A stretch of 64,000 nucleotides of DNA from Clostridia bacterium. Its GTDB lineage: Bacteria > Bacillota > Clostridia > RUG12999. This document shows, piece by piece, positions 9,011 to 19,161 of this stretch. The number at the start of each line of letters is the position of its first letter. Within the stretch, counting starts at the first letter, position 1. The stretch covers positions 4,311 through 68,310 of the forward strand of contig JAZROP010000018.1 of assembly GCA_045648785.1 (NCBI GenBank), given 5' to 3'. A model generated the notes under the pieces. That model was not told where the DNA came from. It worked only from the letters and a program-made list of their open reading frames with translations, and did not search any database. The position numbers and the translations under genes were made by a program.

Positions 9011-9085
9011 ATTATACAAGATTTTATAAATTTGTCAATAAGTTTTTCAAAAACCCTTTACAAGTTTTACAAAATCTGCTATAAT
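9011..9085. promoter_or_regulatory. Back-to-back sigmaA promoters sharing a spacer motif
   Basis: Minus: TTGACA-16-TATAAT (9038-9011); plus: TTTACA-17-TATAAT (9057-9085). Confidence 0.6.
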
Positions 9086-9115
9086 GTTTTTAAAACCACA
9101 TTTAAGGAGTACAAA

Positions 9116-9946
9116 ATGAAAAATAAGATTGTTATAGATTCTGCCGGAGATATCGTGACACTTGATGGAATTTCTCTTTCAAGCGTTCCACTGAAAATAA
9201 TTGCCGGCGATACTGAATTTACAGATAATAGCCACCTTGATGTGGATAATATGATAGATTTTTTAAAGAGGTACAAAGGGACGGTTTCTTCTGCCTGCCC
9301 GGGCGTAGGTGAATTTTCCGAAGCCTTTGAGGATGCAGAGAATATATTTGTGATAACAATAACAAGCGGACTCTCAGGAAGTTATAACTCTGCCTGCATA
9401 GCCTCAGAGGCTTATAAAGAAAAATATCCTGACCGCAATATTTATGTTGTAGACTCACTGTCTGCAGGGCCTGAAATGTTGCTTCTTGCAGAAAAAATTC
9501 GAGACCTTTCCGTTCAAGGCACAGAATTTGATGAAATTGTAAAACTAACCGAGGAATACAAGGCTACAACCCGACTTCTTTTTTCTCTTGAATCGCTCCA
9601 CAATTTTGCGAATAACGGCAGGGTTTCTTCTGCTATTGCAAAGCTTGTTGGCATACTTGGAATAAACCTGATTGGCAAAGCATCCAACGCGGGAACTCTT
9701 CAGCCTATAAGTAAGGTTCGTGGTAATAAAAAATCCATTCCCGAGATTATAAAAAATATTTTATCAATGGGTTACTCTGGCGGTAAAGTAAGAATTGCTC
9801 ACTGCAACAATCCCCTATGCGGCGAGACTCTTAAAACCGAAATATTAAATCTTTTCCCGGATGCAGACATACAGATTTATCCCACTCGCGGACTTTGCAG
9901 TTTTTACGCTGAAGACGGTGGATTCCTTGTTGGCTTTGAGGTATAA
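9116..9946 (+). CDS. DegV family fatty-acid binding protein
   Basis: KIVIDSAGD; SSACP; ITITSGLSGSYNSA; VVDSLSAG; NGRVS; RBS AAGGAG. Confidence 0.92.
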   Translation: MKNKIVIDSAGDIVTLDGISLSSVPLKIIAGDTEFTDNSHLDVDNMIDFLKRYKGTVSSACPGVGEFSEAFEDAENIFVITITSGLSGSYNSACIASEAYKEKYPDRNIYVVDSLSAGPEMLLLAEKIRDLSVQGTEFDEIVKLTEEYKATTRLLFSLESLHNFANNGRVSSAIAKLVGILGINLIGKASNAGTLQPISKVRGNKKSIPEIIKNILSMGYSGGKVRIAHCNNPLCGETLKTEILNLFPDADIQIYPTRGLCSFYAEDGGFLVGFEV

Positions 9947-9980
9947 TCTGTAACCGCACTTTAAATTGCATAATATACTG

Positions 9981-10017
9981 ATACCGGAGAGGTTTTTCCT
10001 CTCCGGTACGCTTTTTT
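9981..10017 (+). terminator. Intrinsic terminator after degV
   Basis: TACCGGAGAGG-TTTTT-CCTCTCCGGTA followed by GCTTTTTT. Confidence 0.7.
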
Positions 10018-10068
10018 GTCCGCATCCAGCGTATCTTTCAGCTTGCGGACAGAAAGGCTTTATAACAA

Positions 10069-10689
10069 ATGTACAGTTCATATTATGTGGTTATTTTTGC
10101 AGGAATAAATACTAATCGTGGCACTTTCGAGCATCCCGGCAAGGAAATCGCAGACCAACTCAAGGTAAGCACGCCCGGTTGCAGTGTTAACACCTTAACC
10201 CTCTACCCTTACGATGACTCAATTTCGGGCACCACCATCTCAGATACACTTCAGGTAATGAAAAATGCTTATGCTCTTTGTGGTAACACCGTAAAAATCA
10301 TGGCAAACGAAATAATGAAAAACTATTCAGGCGAAGAATGTATTTTCTTTGTCGGTTACAGCGGTGGCGGTATTGCAGCTACTGTTGCTGCCGAGCATTT
10401 GAAGAAAAAAATGCATATTTCAAAAATTATACGCGTGGGATCTCCCGTTTTAACCGTCGGCAAACCTCTTTACGGCAAAACGGTCGACCTGTCACTGCCA
10501 GGTGATCCAGTGTGTCAGGTAGAAATCCCCCGATTTTTTAAAAATTTCAGACCTTATCAGTGTTTTATCAAGGAGCTTGATGTTGATAAACATATTCACT
10601 CCTGCTATTTCAAAAAAAATGCAGACTCTTCCGGCAACACAAATTTAGCCAGAACAGTCCGCACAATCTTACGGTTTATTAAAAATTGA
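10069..10689 (+). CDS. Compact alpha/beta-hydrolase-fold protein (lipase/esterase-like)
   Basis: FVGYSGGG nucleophile elbow; VGSP; GDP acid; HIHSCYF His. Confidence 0.7.
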   Translation: MYSSYYVVIFAGINTNRGTFEHPGKEIADQLKVSTPGCSVNTLTLYPYDDSISGTTISDTLQVMKNAYALCGNTVKIMANEIMKNYSGEECIFFVGYSGGGIAATVAAEHLKKKMHISKIIRVGSPVLTVGKPLYGKTVDLSLPGDPVCQVEIPRFFKNFRPYQCFIKELDVDKHIHSCYFKKNADSSGNTNLARTVRTILRFIKN

Positions 10690-11251
10690 TAATTCCCAAA
10701 TGTTCAAATAATATTTTAAGTCCTATCAACACAAGAATAACTCCGCCAGCAAGTTCAGCCTTGCTTTTATATTTTGCGCCAAATTTATTTCCTATTACCA
10801 CACCGATTGCTGAAAGTATAAATGTTGTAAGACCAATTAATGTAATAGAACCCCATATATTAACATTAACAAGAGCAAATGTTATTCCTACCGCAAGTGC
10901 GTCAATGCTTGTTGCAACTGCCATAATAAAAATTTCTTTTATATCAAGACTGTCACAACAACCGCAGCCTTCTTCTCCACCACTTAATGCTTCATAAATC
11001 ATTTTACCGCCTATAAACCCAAGCAGAACAAATGCAATCCAATGGTCAAAGTTTTCAATATATATCCTAAAGCTGCTGCCAAGCACCCATCCGATAAGCG
11101 GCATCAACGCCTGAAAACCACCAAAAAACAAGGCAATTATAAGGGCGTGTATATAGTTGATTTTCCTCATATTAAGCCCTTTACATACTGCAACTGCAAA
11201 TGCATCGGCAGAAAGGCCTATGCCTATAAGTAAAACTTCAATAAAACTCAT
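10679..11251 (-). CDS. mntP: Manganese efflux pump MntP
   Basis: GLSADAFAVA; FQALMPLIGW; DHWIAF; ATSIDALAVG; start MSFIE after GGAGG. Confidence 0.92.
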   Translation of the reverse strand: MSFIEVLLIGIGLSADAFAVAVCKGLNMRKINYIHALIIALFFGGFQALMPLIGWVLGSSFRIYIENFDHWIAFVLLGFIGGKMIYEALSGGEEGCGCCDSLDIKEIFIMAVATSIDALAVGITFALVNVNIWGSITLIGLTTFILSAIGVVIGNKFGAKYKSKAELAGGVILVLIGLKILFEHLGIINF

Positions 11252-11410
11252 TTTTATTTCCTCCAAATTAACAACTTCTGTTATTTTATCATAAACCCGA
11301 TATATTTGCAATGTTTTTTATTTTATTTTTTTTGATATATTTAGCAAGCCGCCCTCGAACAAAAAAGTTGGAGAACGGCTTGCCATATGTTTCAGGAAAA
11401 CATAAAGTTT

Positions 11411-13444
11411 TTAGTTATTTTCACTCATTACTTTCTGGACAACCTGCGGAGGAGCCTGTTCATATCTTTCAAAGTCGAGGGTATATTCTCCTCTGCCCTG
11501 TGTCATGGAGCGAAGCTCAATAGCATATTTATTCATTTCACTCATAGGCACTTCGGCAATAATCTTGCCCGGTTCAATACCAAGCACTCTGCCGCGGCGT
11601 TTGTTGATGTCACCCATGATGTCACCAGTATATTCATCGGGAATTAAAACCTCAAGGTGACCTATAGGTTCAAGAAGGATGGGACCTGCGTTAACAAGTT
11701 CTTTAAATGCAAGGTGAGCCGCCATCTTAAACGCCATTTCAGACGAGTCAACATCGTGGTAAGAACCATCGTAAAGTGTAGCTTTAACGCCAACAACTCT
11801 GTATCCTGCCTGAATACCTACCGGCATCATTTCAAGCAAACCTTTTTCTACTGCAGGATGATAGTTCTTGGGAACGCTGCCCCCGAAAATCTTTTCTTCA
11901 AAAATCAGCTCTTCACTGTCACATGGTTCAAACTCCATTTTTACATGACCATACTGACCGTGACCGCCTGATTGTTTCTTATGTTTACCTTCAGCCTGAA
12001 TTTTCTTTGTAATCGTTTCTCTGTATGTAACCTTTGGCTGAACAATGTTAACTTCTGTACCCATAGCTTTAAGTCTTGCTACAACAACATCAAGATGCTG
12101 ATCGCCAAGACCCGAAACCAAAAGCTGTCTGATTTCGCTGTTGCTTTCAAATTTCAGAGTGGTGTCTTCTTCAATAAGCTTTGCAAGACCTGCCGCAATT
12201 TTATCCTCATCGCCTTTCGCCTTAGGTTCAAACGCCATTGTATAAAGTGGTGCGGGGAAAGTTATCGGCTCAAGAGTATAAGCCTTGCCCTGAGCGGCAA
12301 AAGTGTCACCTGTTTTTGTAACGCCGAGCTTTGCAACCGCAAAAATATCACCGGCATGAACTGTATCAAGCTCAATTTTTTCTTTACCGCGCATTGTCAT
12401 AAGGCTACCCAGTTTTTCAGTAGCACCTTTGGTGGAGTTGTTAACTGTTGCATTTTTGGACAGAGTGCCCGAATAAAGTCTTACAAAGGAAACTTTGCCT
12501 ACAAACGAGTCATTAACTGTTTTGAAAACTCTTGCACAAAGCGGATTTCCATCGCCACAGGCAATTTCAACTATTTCGCCGCCTTCTTCTACTTCTTTTG
12601 CCGGCATATCAAGAGGTGACGGTGCATATCTTGTGATTATGTTAAGAAGTGAATCCACACCTTTATTTGCTGTGGCACTACCAAACATAACCGGGAACAG
12701 ATTTCTCTCAACAATAGCTTTTCTTGTACCATTAATAAAATCTTCTACTGTGAATGGTTCTTCCGAGAAGAATTTATCCATAAGCTCTTCATCTGTTTCT
12801 GCAATAGCTTCGCAAAGCTCAGCTTTTGCATTCTGCAGCTGTGCATAATATTCATCCGGAACATCAGTTTTTCTTACTTTTCCATCCTCAAATATATATG
12901 CCGCGCTGTCAATTATATCAATAACTCCCTCAAACACACCGCCATTTACAATTGGAATTTGAAGTGGAAGTGCTTTGGGTGTAATAGCCGACTGAATATC
13001 TGCCAGAACCTTTTCATGATCGCAGTTTTCATGACCCATCTTGTTGATAAAGAACATAATGGGCATTTTAGCTTTTTCAGCCTGTTTAAAAGCAATTTCG
13101 CCGCCTACTTTTGCTCCTGATTTACCGCTGGCAACAATAATGCCGATATCACATGCGCTGATCGCACCGTACATATCACCGACAAAGTCAAAATATCCCG
13201 GAGTGTCAACTATATTTATTTTATGATTTGCGTATTCAATCGCCGCTAGTGACGACCTGATAGAAACTACCCTCTTTATTTCTTCGCTATCATAGTCACA
13301 TACTGTGTTTCCATCTTCTGTTTTGCCTATGCGGGAAATAGCACCTGTATTAAAAAGCATCGCTTCAGCAAGAGATGTTTTACCTGCTTTACTGTGCGCA
13401 AGCAACGCTACATTTCGGATTTTTTCACTGGTATAGATGTTCAT
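11411..13444 (-). CDS. Elongation factor G paralogue (EF-G2/FusA2-like)
   Basis: AHSKAGKTS; DYDSEEIKR; DTPGY; KKQSGGHGQYG; DGSYHDVDSSEMAF; standalone, outside the str operon. Confidence 0.92.
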   Translation of the reverse strand: MNIYTSEKIRNVALLAHSKAGKTSLAEAMLFNTGAISRIGKTEDGNTVCDYDSEEIKRVVSIRSSLAAIEYANHKINIVDTPGYFDFVGDMYGAISACDIGIIVASGKSGAKVGGEIAFKQAEKAKMPIMFFINKMGHENCDHEKVLADIQSAITPKALPLQIPIVNGGVFEGVIDIIDSAAYIFEDGKVRKTDVPDEYYAQLQNAKAELCEAIAETDEELMDKFFSEEPFTVEDFINGTRKAIVERNLFPVMFGSATANKGVDSLLNIITRYAPSPLDMPAKEVEEGGEIVEIACGDGNPLCARVFKTVNDSFVGKVSFVRLYSGTLSKNATVNNSTKGATEKLGSLMTMRGKEKIELDTVHAGDIFAVAKLGVTKTGDTFAAQGKAYTLEPITFPAPLYTMAFEPKAKGDEDKIAAGLAKLIEEDTTLKFESNSEIRQLLVSGLGDQHLDVVVARLKAMGTEVNIVQPKVTYRETITKKIQAEGKHKKQSGGHGQYGHVKMEFEPCDSEELIFEEKIFGGSVPKNYHPAVEKGLLEMMPVGIQAGYRVVGVKATLYDGSYHDVDSSEMAFKMAAHLAFKELVNAGPILLEPIGHLEVLIPDEYTGDIMGDINKRRGRVLGIEPGKIIAEVPMSEMNKYAIELRSMTQGRGEYTLDFERYEQAPPQVVQKVMSENN

Positions 13445-13609
13445 GCAATCAGCTCCTTTTATGGTTTATATAATAATTATATCATATTAATTTTCTCTTG
13501 TATTTAGCATTAATAAACAATCATTTAAAAAGTTTTATGTGCAATTTAGCAAAAACCCCTCAAAATGGACGAAATTTTGAGAGGTTTTTTGTACATTATT
13601 TACAAAAAG

Positions 13610-14371
13610 TTATTCTTCATAAACTCCTGATTTAAAAGAGCTTCTGCGTTTGCCTTTCAGCTTTTTCAGGAATTTTTTGTCTTCTTGGGTAAGAGGCGCT
13701 TTGCGAAGCATATCAGGTCTTTTAAGCCATGTCCTGAACAGAGATTGCTCCCTTTTCCACGCTACAATGTTTTTATGATGGCCCGAAAGTAAAACATCCG
13801 GAACCCGTCGCCCGTTTATCTCCTCAGGACGGGTATAGTGAGGGTATTCCAAAAGGCCATTATAGTGCGAATCTTCTTCGTATGCCGAACTGTCCGGCAG
13901 GACGCCGGGTATCATTCTAGCTATCGAATCAATAAGCGCCATGGCGGGAATTTCTCCTCCGGTGAGTACATAGTCACCAATTGAAATTTCCATATCCACA
14001 ATTTCCTCTATGGCTCTTTCATCCACACCCTCATAGTGCCCGCAAAGCACCACAATCCGAGGTTTATTCGCAAGCTCTCGGACCAATCCTTGGTCAAGCA
14101 CCTTACCCTGAGGTGACATATACACCGTAAAAACCTTTTCACCGCCTGTTACCGATTTCCATGCATCACATATCGGCTGAACTCCCATTACAAGTCCCGT
14201 TCCGCCGCCATATGCATAGTCATCAACATTTTTATGTTTGCTCTTTGAAAAGTCGCGTATGTTTACATAATTAAGTTCAACATGTCCGTTCTTCTGTGCT
14301 CTTGCAATCATGCTTTCACCAAGAACACCTTCAAACATCTGCGGAAAAAGTGTCAGTACATCGAATCGCAT
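13610..14371 (-). CDS. trmD: tRNA (guanine37-N1)-methyltransferase
   Basis: VLTLFP; VDDYAYGGG; CGHYEGVDER; SIGDYVLTGGE; YPHYTRP. Confidence 0.96.
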   Translation of the reverse strand: MRFDVLTLFPQMFEGVLGESMIARAQKNGHVELNYVNIRDFSKSKHKNVDDYAYGGGTGLVMGVQPICDAWKSVTGGEKVFTVYMSPQGKVLDQGLVRELANKPRIVVLCGHYEGVDERAIEEIVDMEISIGDYVLTGGEIPAMALIDSIARMIPGVLPDSSAYEEDSHYNGLLEYPHYTRPEEINGRRVPDVLLSGHHKNIVAWKREQSLFRTWLKRPDMLRKAPLTQEDKKFLKKLKGKRRSSFKSGVYEE

Positions 14372-14424
14372 ACTTTTCTTTCCTTTCAGTATTAAAACGC
14401 CCCGCTTAAAGCGAGGCGTAAAAA

Positions 14425-17199
14425 TTAGTTTTCAATAACTGCTGCACATCTGTCACAAAGCGTGGGATGATTTGTATTTTTACCAACTGTTTCGCTGAAC
14501 ATCCAGCAGCGCTCACATTTTTCACCCTCAGCTGCGGTTACTTTATAAGAAGCTTTGTAGCTTTCACCCTTATATTCTCCGCCCTCGCCCTCGGTTACTT
14601 TTACATATGAAACAATAAGAATTGTTTTGAGCAGTTCTTCGTTTGCTTTCAGGAATTCATAAGCTTTTCCTTCCGCAAAAACTTCAACTGCTGCGCCAAG
14701 AGAATGACCGATAACCTTCGCATTTCTTGCTTCTTCAAGGGCTTTCTGTGCATCTCCACGCATTGCGATAATATCTTCATATTTGTTCCAAAGAGCTTCG
14801 TCTTCATACTCGCTGTTATAAACAGGCATATCATTGAGCGATACGCTGTCGATATCATCAGATGCTCTGTGCGGCATGCTTTTCCACATTTCTTCAGCAG
14901 AGAAAGCAATGATAGGTGAAAGAAGTCTTACAAGTGCATCAAGAATCATGAAAATTGCAGTCTGTGCACTTCTTCTTTCTTTACTGTCCGCCTTTTCTGT
15001 GTAAAGTCTGTCTTTTACAACATCGAGGTAGAAGTTACTCATATCAACAACGCAGAAATTATGAATTGCATGGTAAACCACATGGAACTCAAAGTTATCA
15101 TACGCTTCATTTACCGTCTTAACAAGTCTTGTAAGCTTCATAAGCGCCCACTTGTCAAGCTCTGTCATATCAGCATACAAAACCGCGTTTGTATCGGGAT
15201 TAAAGTCACTGATGTTACCAATAATGTATCTTGCGGTATTTCTGATTTTTCTGTAACCCTCGGACAACTGTGAAATAATGTCTTTTGAAATTTTGATGTC
15301 CGATTTATAGTCGGAAGATGCAATCCACATACGCAGGATATCAGCACCGTTTGTGCCTATAATTTCAAGCGGATCCATACCATTGCCCAAAGACTTGGAC
15401 ATTTTTCTCCGTTCCTCGTCAATTACCATACCGTGAGTCAGTACATTTCTATAAGGTGCAACACCATAGTTTGCAACACTGACAAGCAGTGATGACTGGA
15501 ACCATCCTCTGTACTGGTCGTTACCTTCAAGATAAAGGTCCGCAGGGAAAGTAAGATCTTCTCTTGCTTTCATAACAGCACCGTTTGACGAACCAGAGTC
15601 AAACCAAACATCCATAGTGTCAGTTTCTTTTGTAAACTGAGTGCCGCCACACTCGCACTTAAATCCTTCGGGCAGAATTTCCGACGCATCAAGTGCAAAC
15701 CACTGGTCTGAACCTTTTGTCCTGAAAAGAGTTGCAACCGCTTTGATTGTTTCGTCGTTTATAATTGGTTTGCCACAATCCTTACAGTAGAAGATGGGAA
15801 TAGGAACACCCCATGCTCTCTGTCTGGAAATACACCAGTCGTTACGGTCCTTAACCATGTTTGTAATTCTGTCTTCGCCCCATGCAGGAATCCATTTAAC
15901 TGTTTTAATAGCCTCAAGAGTTTCTGCTCTGAAACCGTCAACAGAAGCAAACCACTGTTCTGTAGCACGATAAATAATCGGCTTTTTACATCTCCAGCAA
16001 TGTGGATAGGAGTGAGTGATTTCTTCACAAGCCAAGAGATTTCCTGTTTCGCGAAGTTTTTCAATAATTTTCTTGTTGGAATCTGCGTAGAACAGACCTG
16101 CAAACTCACCCGCTTCTTCTGTGAGATATCCTTTGGAATCAACAGGAACAAGAATTTCAATTTCCGGATAGTTGTTGAAGCACACCATATAGTCTTCCAT
16201 ACCATGACCGGGAGCTGTATGAACGCAACCTGTACCTGCATCAAGTGTTACATGGTCGCCAAGGATTATAAGAGAATCCCTGTCAAGGAAAGGATGACGG
16301 CATTTCATATATTCAAGTTCTGCACCCGAAACTGTTTTAATTACAGAATAACCTGTAATGCCGGCAGTTGCCATAACGCTGTCAACAAGTTCACTTGCAA
16401 TTACATAAGCCTCATCACCATTTTTAACAATGCTGTACTCAAAATTTGCATTCAAACAGATTGCCATATTTGCTGGCAGAGTCCATGTTGTTGTTGTCCA
16501 GATAACAAAATAGATTTTTTCGGAGATATCCCCGAACATACCTTTGTCATCACACAGAGCAAATTTTACAAAAATTGTATCAGTTGTATCATCCTGATAT
16601 TCAATTTCCGCTTCGGCAAGGGCTGTTTCACAGTCCTCGCACCAATAAACCGGTTTAAGTCCTTTATAAATGTAGCCTTTTTTAGCCATTTCTCCAAACA
16701 TTTCAATCTGGGTTGCTTCATATTCGCTGTCCAGAGTAATGTATGGATTATCCCAGTCGCCAAGCACTCCAAGGCGTTTGAACTGAGTTCTCTGATTGTC
16801 AACATGACCAAGTGCAAACTCACGGCAAACCTCACGGAACTTAACAATTCCTGCCTGAGCCGGGTTGATTCCAAGTTTTTTAATAGCCTGTTTCTCAATG
16901 GGCAGACCATGTGTGTCCCAACCCGGAACATAATGAGCCTTATAGCCGCTCATATTTTTCTGACGAACTATAATATCCTTCAGAATTTTGTTGAGAGTGT
17001 GCCCAAGGTGAATATTTCCGTTGGCATACGGAGGACCGTCATGCAATATGTATGTCGGTTTACCCTCATTTTTCTCTATTATTTTTTTGTAAAGCTCTTC
17101 ATTTTCCCACTTTTCGAGCTGCATGGGCTCTTTAGTAGGCAGATTTGCCCTCATGGAAAATTCCGTATTGGGCAGATTGAGTGTTTTACCGTAATCCAT
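14425..17199 (-). CDS. ileS: Isoleucyl-tRNA synthetase (type 1)
   Basis: HDGPPYANG..HLGH; WCISRQR; KMSKS; C-terminal Zn finger CERCW..CDRC. Confidence 0.97.
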   Translation of the reverse strand: MDYGKTLNLPNTEFSMRANLPTKEPMQLEKWENEELYKKIIEKNEGKPTYILHDGPPYANGNIHLGHTLNKILKDIIVRQKNMSGYKAHYVPGWDTHGLPIEKQAIKKLGINPAQAGIVKFREVCREFALGHVDNQRTQFKRLGVLGDWDNPYITLDSEYEATQIEMFGEMAKKGYIYKGLKPVYWCEDCETALAEAEIEYQDDTTDTIFVKFALCDDKGMFGDISEKIYFVIWTTTTWTLPANMAICLNANFEYSIVKNGDEAYVIASELVDSVMATAGITGYSVIKTVSGAELEYMKCRHPFLDRDSLIILGDHVTLDAGTGCVHTAPGHGMEDYMVCFNNYPEIEILVPVDSKGYLTEEAGEFAGLFYADSNKKIIEKLRETGNLLACEEITHSYPHCWRCKKPIIYRATEQWFASVDGFRAETLEAIKTVKWIPAWGEDRITNMVKDRNDWCISRQRAWGVPIPIFYCKDCGKPIINDETIKAVATLFRTKGSDQWFALDASEILPEGFKCECGGTQFTKETDTMDVWFDSGSSNGAVMKAREDLTFPADLYLEGNDQYRGWFQSSLLVSVANYGVAPYRNVLTHGMVIDEERRKMSKSLGNGMDPLEIIGTNGADILRMWIASSDYKSDIKISKDIISQLSEGYRKIRNTARYIIGNISDFNPDTNAVLYADMTELDKWALMKLTRLVKTVNEAYDNFEFHVVYHAIHNFCVVDMSNFYLDVVKDRLYTEKADSKERRSAQTAIFMILDALVRLLSPIIAFSAEEMWKSMPHRASDDIDSVSLNDMPVYNSEYEDEALWNKYEDIIAMRGDAQKALEEARNAKVIGHSLGAAVEVFAEGKAYEFLKANEELLKTILIVSYVKVTEGEGGEYKGESYKASYKVTAAEGEKCERCWMFSETVGKNTNHPTLCDRCAAVIEN

Positions 17200-17201
17200 T
17201 G

Positions 17202-17663
17202 TTAATCCTTCCTTTCAGTGTCATCCGGCAGATTTTTCACAGTTTCAAGAATTCCTTCCAGTAGCGATGCTATCTGCTTTTTATAGCTTGACATCTGTAA
17301 TTTCACATTATTATATTCATTTTCAATAGAGCTCAGCTTCTGCCTTGCTTCAATTTCAATTTTGCCGGCCTTAAGCTCGGCCTCTTCAACGATAACACCT
17401 GCTTTTTCACGCGCGCTGTTTTTCAGTTCGTCACTTGCCGACTGAGCCACGACGAGTGTACTCTGCAGAACATCCTCCATTGATTTATATTTTGATACCG
17501 CCGAGGACAGCATATTAACCTTGTCCTTGAGCGATACATTTTCCATATACAGTGTTTTATAATCCTGGAAGAGCATAGCCATAAAACCATCAACATCTTC
17601 CCTGCTGTATCCGCCGAGAGTTTTCTTAAATTCTTTTGTTTCAAGGTCTATTGGTGATAACAT
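17202..17663 (-). CDS. divIVA: DivIVA domain protein
   Basis: MLSPIDLETKEFKKTLGGYSREDVD plus coiled coil; ylm-cluster position. Confidence 0.9.
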   Translation of the reverse strand: MLSPIDLETKEFKKTLGGYSREDVDGFMAMLFQDYKTLYMENVSLKDKVNMLSSAVSKYKSMEDVLQSTLVVAQSASDELKNSAREKAGVIVEEAELKAGKIEIEARQKLSSIENEYNNVKLQMSSYKKQIASLLEGILETVKNLPDDTERKD

Positions 17664-17678
17664 ATTCTTCCTCTCTTC

Positions 17679-18407
17679 CTAAATATATTTTTTTATTCTG
17701 ACCAGAGTGCGCCCTTTTCTGGTTATGCTTTGCATACCTTCATATACAAACTTTCCCTTACCTCTTACGGAAAATCTCTCTCCGTTTTTCAGCACATAGG
17801 TTGTTTTTGTCATTTCGCTCCCGTTCACCATAACATTTCCCGCCAGAACAAATTCTGCCGCCTTGCTGCGGCTTGTATTTGCCGCTAGTGCAATTACACA
17901 GTCCAGTCTTTCGGACGCCACCGTTCCGGCAATATCCTCATACTTCCGCTCAGGCAGAGGTTCATTATTTTCCGCTTTACGCACAGTTACAGAAGCCCCG
18001 GCTACATGAGTCAGATTATTTAAAATAAACTCTTCTATACTTTCCTGACAAAAAAGATATGCACAACTGCCATCAATAATTATATCCCCCATCACCTGCC
18101 GCTTTATTCCAAGCGACATTAGGCTGCCGAGATAATCACGATGATTATAAACCTTACCATCGGTGGGCGTTATGACAAGAAGGGAAATTGGCCACTCGAC
18201 ATCTTCAGGCGCCATGTAGTCAGGCAAAAATGCCGCAACCACCCTTTCAGCATCGGAATAACCTCCTGAAAATGCAACATTTCTGATACGCCGTGCATGG
18301 GGTAAAATGTCCGGACTTAAAAAAGGTGAAAATGTGCAGTAATTCCCACCATCTCTCCTGCGTGACAAATCATCCAGGCGTGTTATAAGTACATCTCTTT
18401 CTTCCAC
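17679..18407 (-). CDS. ylmH: YlmH S4-domain RNA-binding protein
   Basis: GGYSDAER; HRDYLGSLMSLGI; SERLDC; SVRGKGK. Confidence 0.9.
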   Translation of the reverse strand: MEERDVLITRLDDLSRRRDGGNYCTFSPFLSPDILPHARRIRNVAFSGGYSDAERVVAAFLPDYMAPEDVEWPISLLVITPTDGKVYNHRDYLGSLMSLGIKRQVMGDIIIDGSCAYLFCQESIEEFILNNLTHVAGASVTVRKAENNEPLPERKYEDIAGTVASERLDCVIALAANTSRSKAAEFVLAGNVMVNGSEMTKTTYVLKNGERFSVRGKGKFVYEGMQSITRKGRTLVRIKKYI

Positions 18408-18414
18408 TTTAACC

Positions 18415-18711
18415 TCACCCTAGCACCGCAACCAGAATTATAATCACAATATTCTGCAGAAAACTCAGTAGTAAAAGTGCTATAATTGGCGAAATATCGA
18501 TGGGCATATTGCCAACCGGAGTTTTCGAAAGGAGTTTCCTGACAGGTTTCAAAAGGGGTTCTGTAAGTGTCGAAATCATTTGCATAACTTTTGACAGAGT
18601 TGGGTTTTGCCAGAAAAGGGGAAACCAACTTATAAGTGCATTTGCAATTATAAGAAACTCCGCTATTTTAAACAGTGAGCTTACAGCTCTTATTACAGCA
18701 TATACCAGCAT
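18415..18711 (-). CDS. YggT/YlmG membrane protein
   Basis: ALISWFP; LTEPLLKPVR; IDISPII. Confidence 0.9.
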   Translation of the reverse strand: MLVYAVIRAVSSLFKIAEFLIIANALISWFPLFWQNPTLSKVMQMISTLTEPLLKPVRKLLSKTPVGNMPIDISPIIALLLLSFLQNIVIIILVAVLG

Positions 18712-18724
18712 ATTCCGTTAATCC

Positions 18725-19141
18725 TTAAGACCACAGAAGTCCTTTGTTTTTCAGTTCATCTCTGAAGTCGCCCATAATTGTAACATTATAGGGAGCAATA
18801 AGATAAATGTTTGTGGCAACCTTCTGAACACTGCCACCAAGCGCATAAATTGCACCGTTTAAGAAATCAAAAATCTTCTGGGCAGAGTCCTTGTCCATAA
18901 GCTCAAGGTTTATTACCACAGGTTTTCTTTCTTTTAAATGGTCAGCAATTTCCTTTGCTTCGTCAAAGTTTTCAGGCTGAATAACAACAACTCTGAACTG
19001 TGTTGTTGCATTAATGTTTACAACCTTGCCTCTTTTTGCAGCCGGAGTCGGTTCGCTTTCGTAAACCGCTTCCTCAACTTCTTCGTATTCTTCCTCCGTA
19101 GGAATTCCCATAGCGTTTAAAAGTTTAGAAAATTTACCCAT
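18725..19141 (-). CDS. sepF: Cell division protein SepF
   Basis: PENFDEAKEIADHLK..VVINLE..DFLNGAIYALGG. Confidence 0.93.
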   Translation of the reverse strand: MGKFSKLLNAMGIPTEEEYEEVEEAVYESEPTPAAKRGKVVNINATTQFRVVVIQPENFDEAKEIADHLKERKPVVINLELMDKDSAQKIFDFLNGAIYALGGSVQKVATNIYLIAPYNVTIMGDFRDELKNKGLLWS

Positions 19142-19161
19142 TATATCCTACCTCCAAAAAA

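Noticed and set aside
11252-11410. yybP-ykoY manganese riboswitch upstream of mntP
   Set aside because: A TTGCAA/TAAAAT promoter lies just upstream of the RBS, leaving no room, and no aptamer motif is visible.
17195-17205. T-box leaders for ileS (and for leuS at 53864)
   Set aside because: Both genes follow their upstream neighbours within 2-5 nt.
16000-17205. Long antisense ORFs (401 aa opposite ileS; also 11972-12619, 28468-29229, 39996-40694, 54881-55549 and others)
   Set aside because: Shadow frames of biased coding sequence with no RBS or recognisable motifs.
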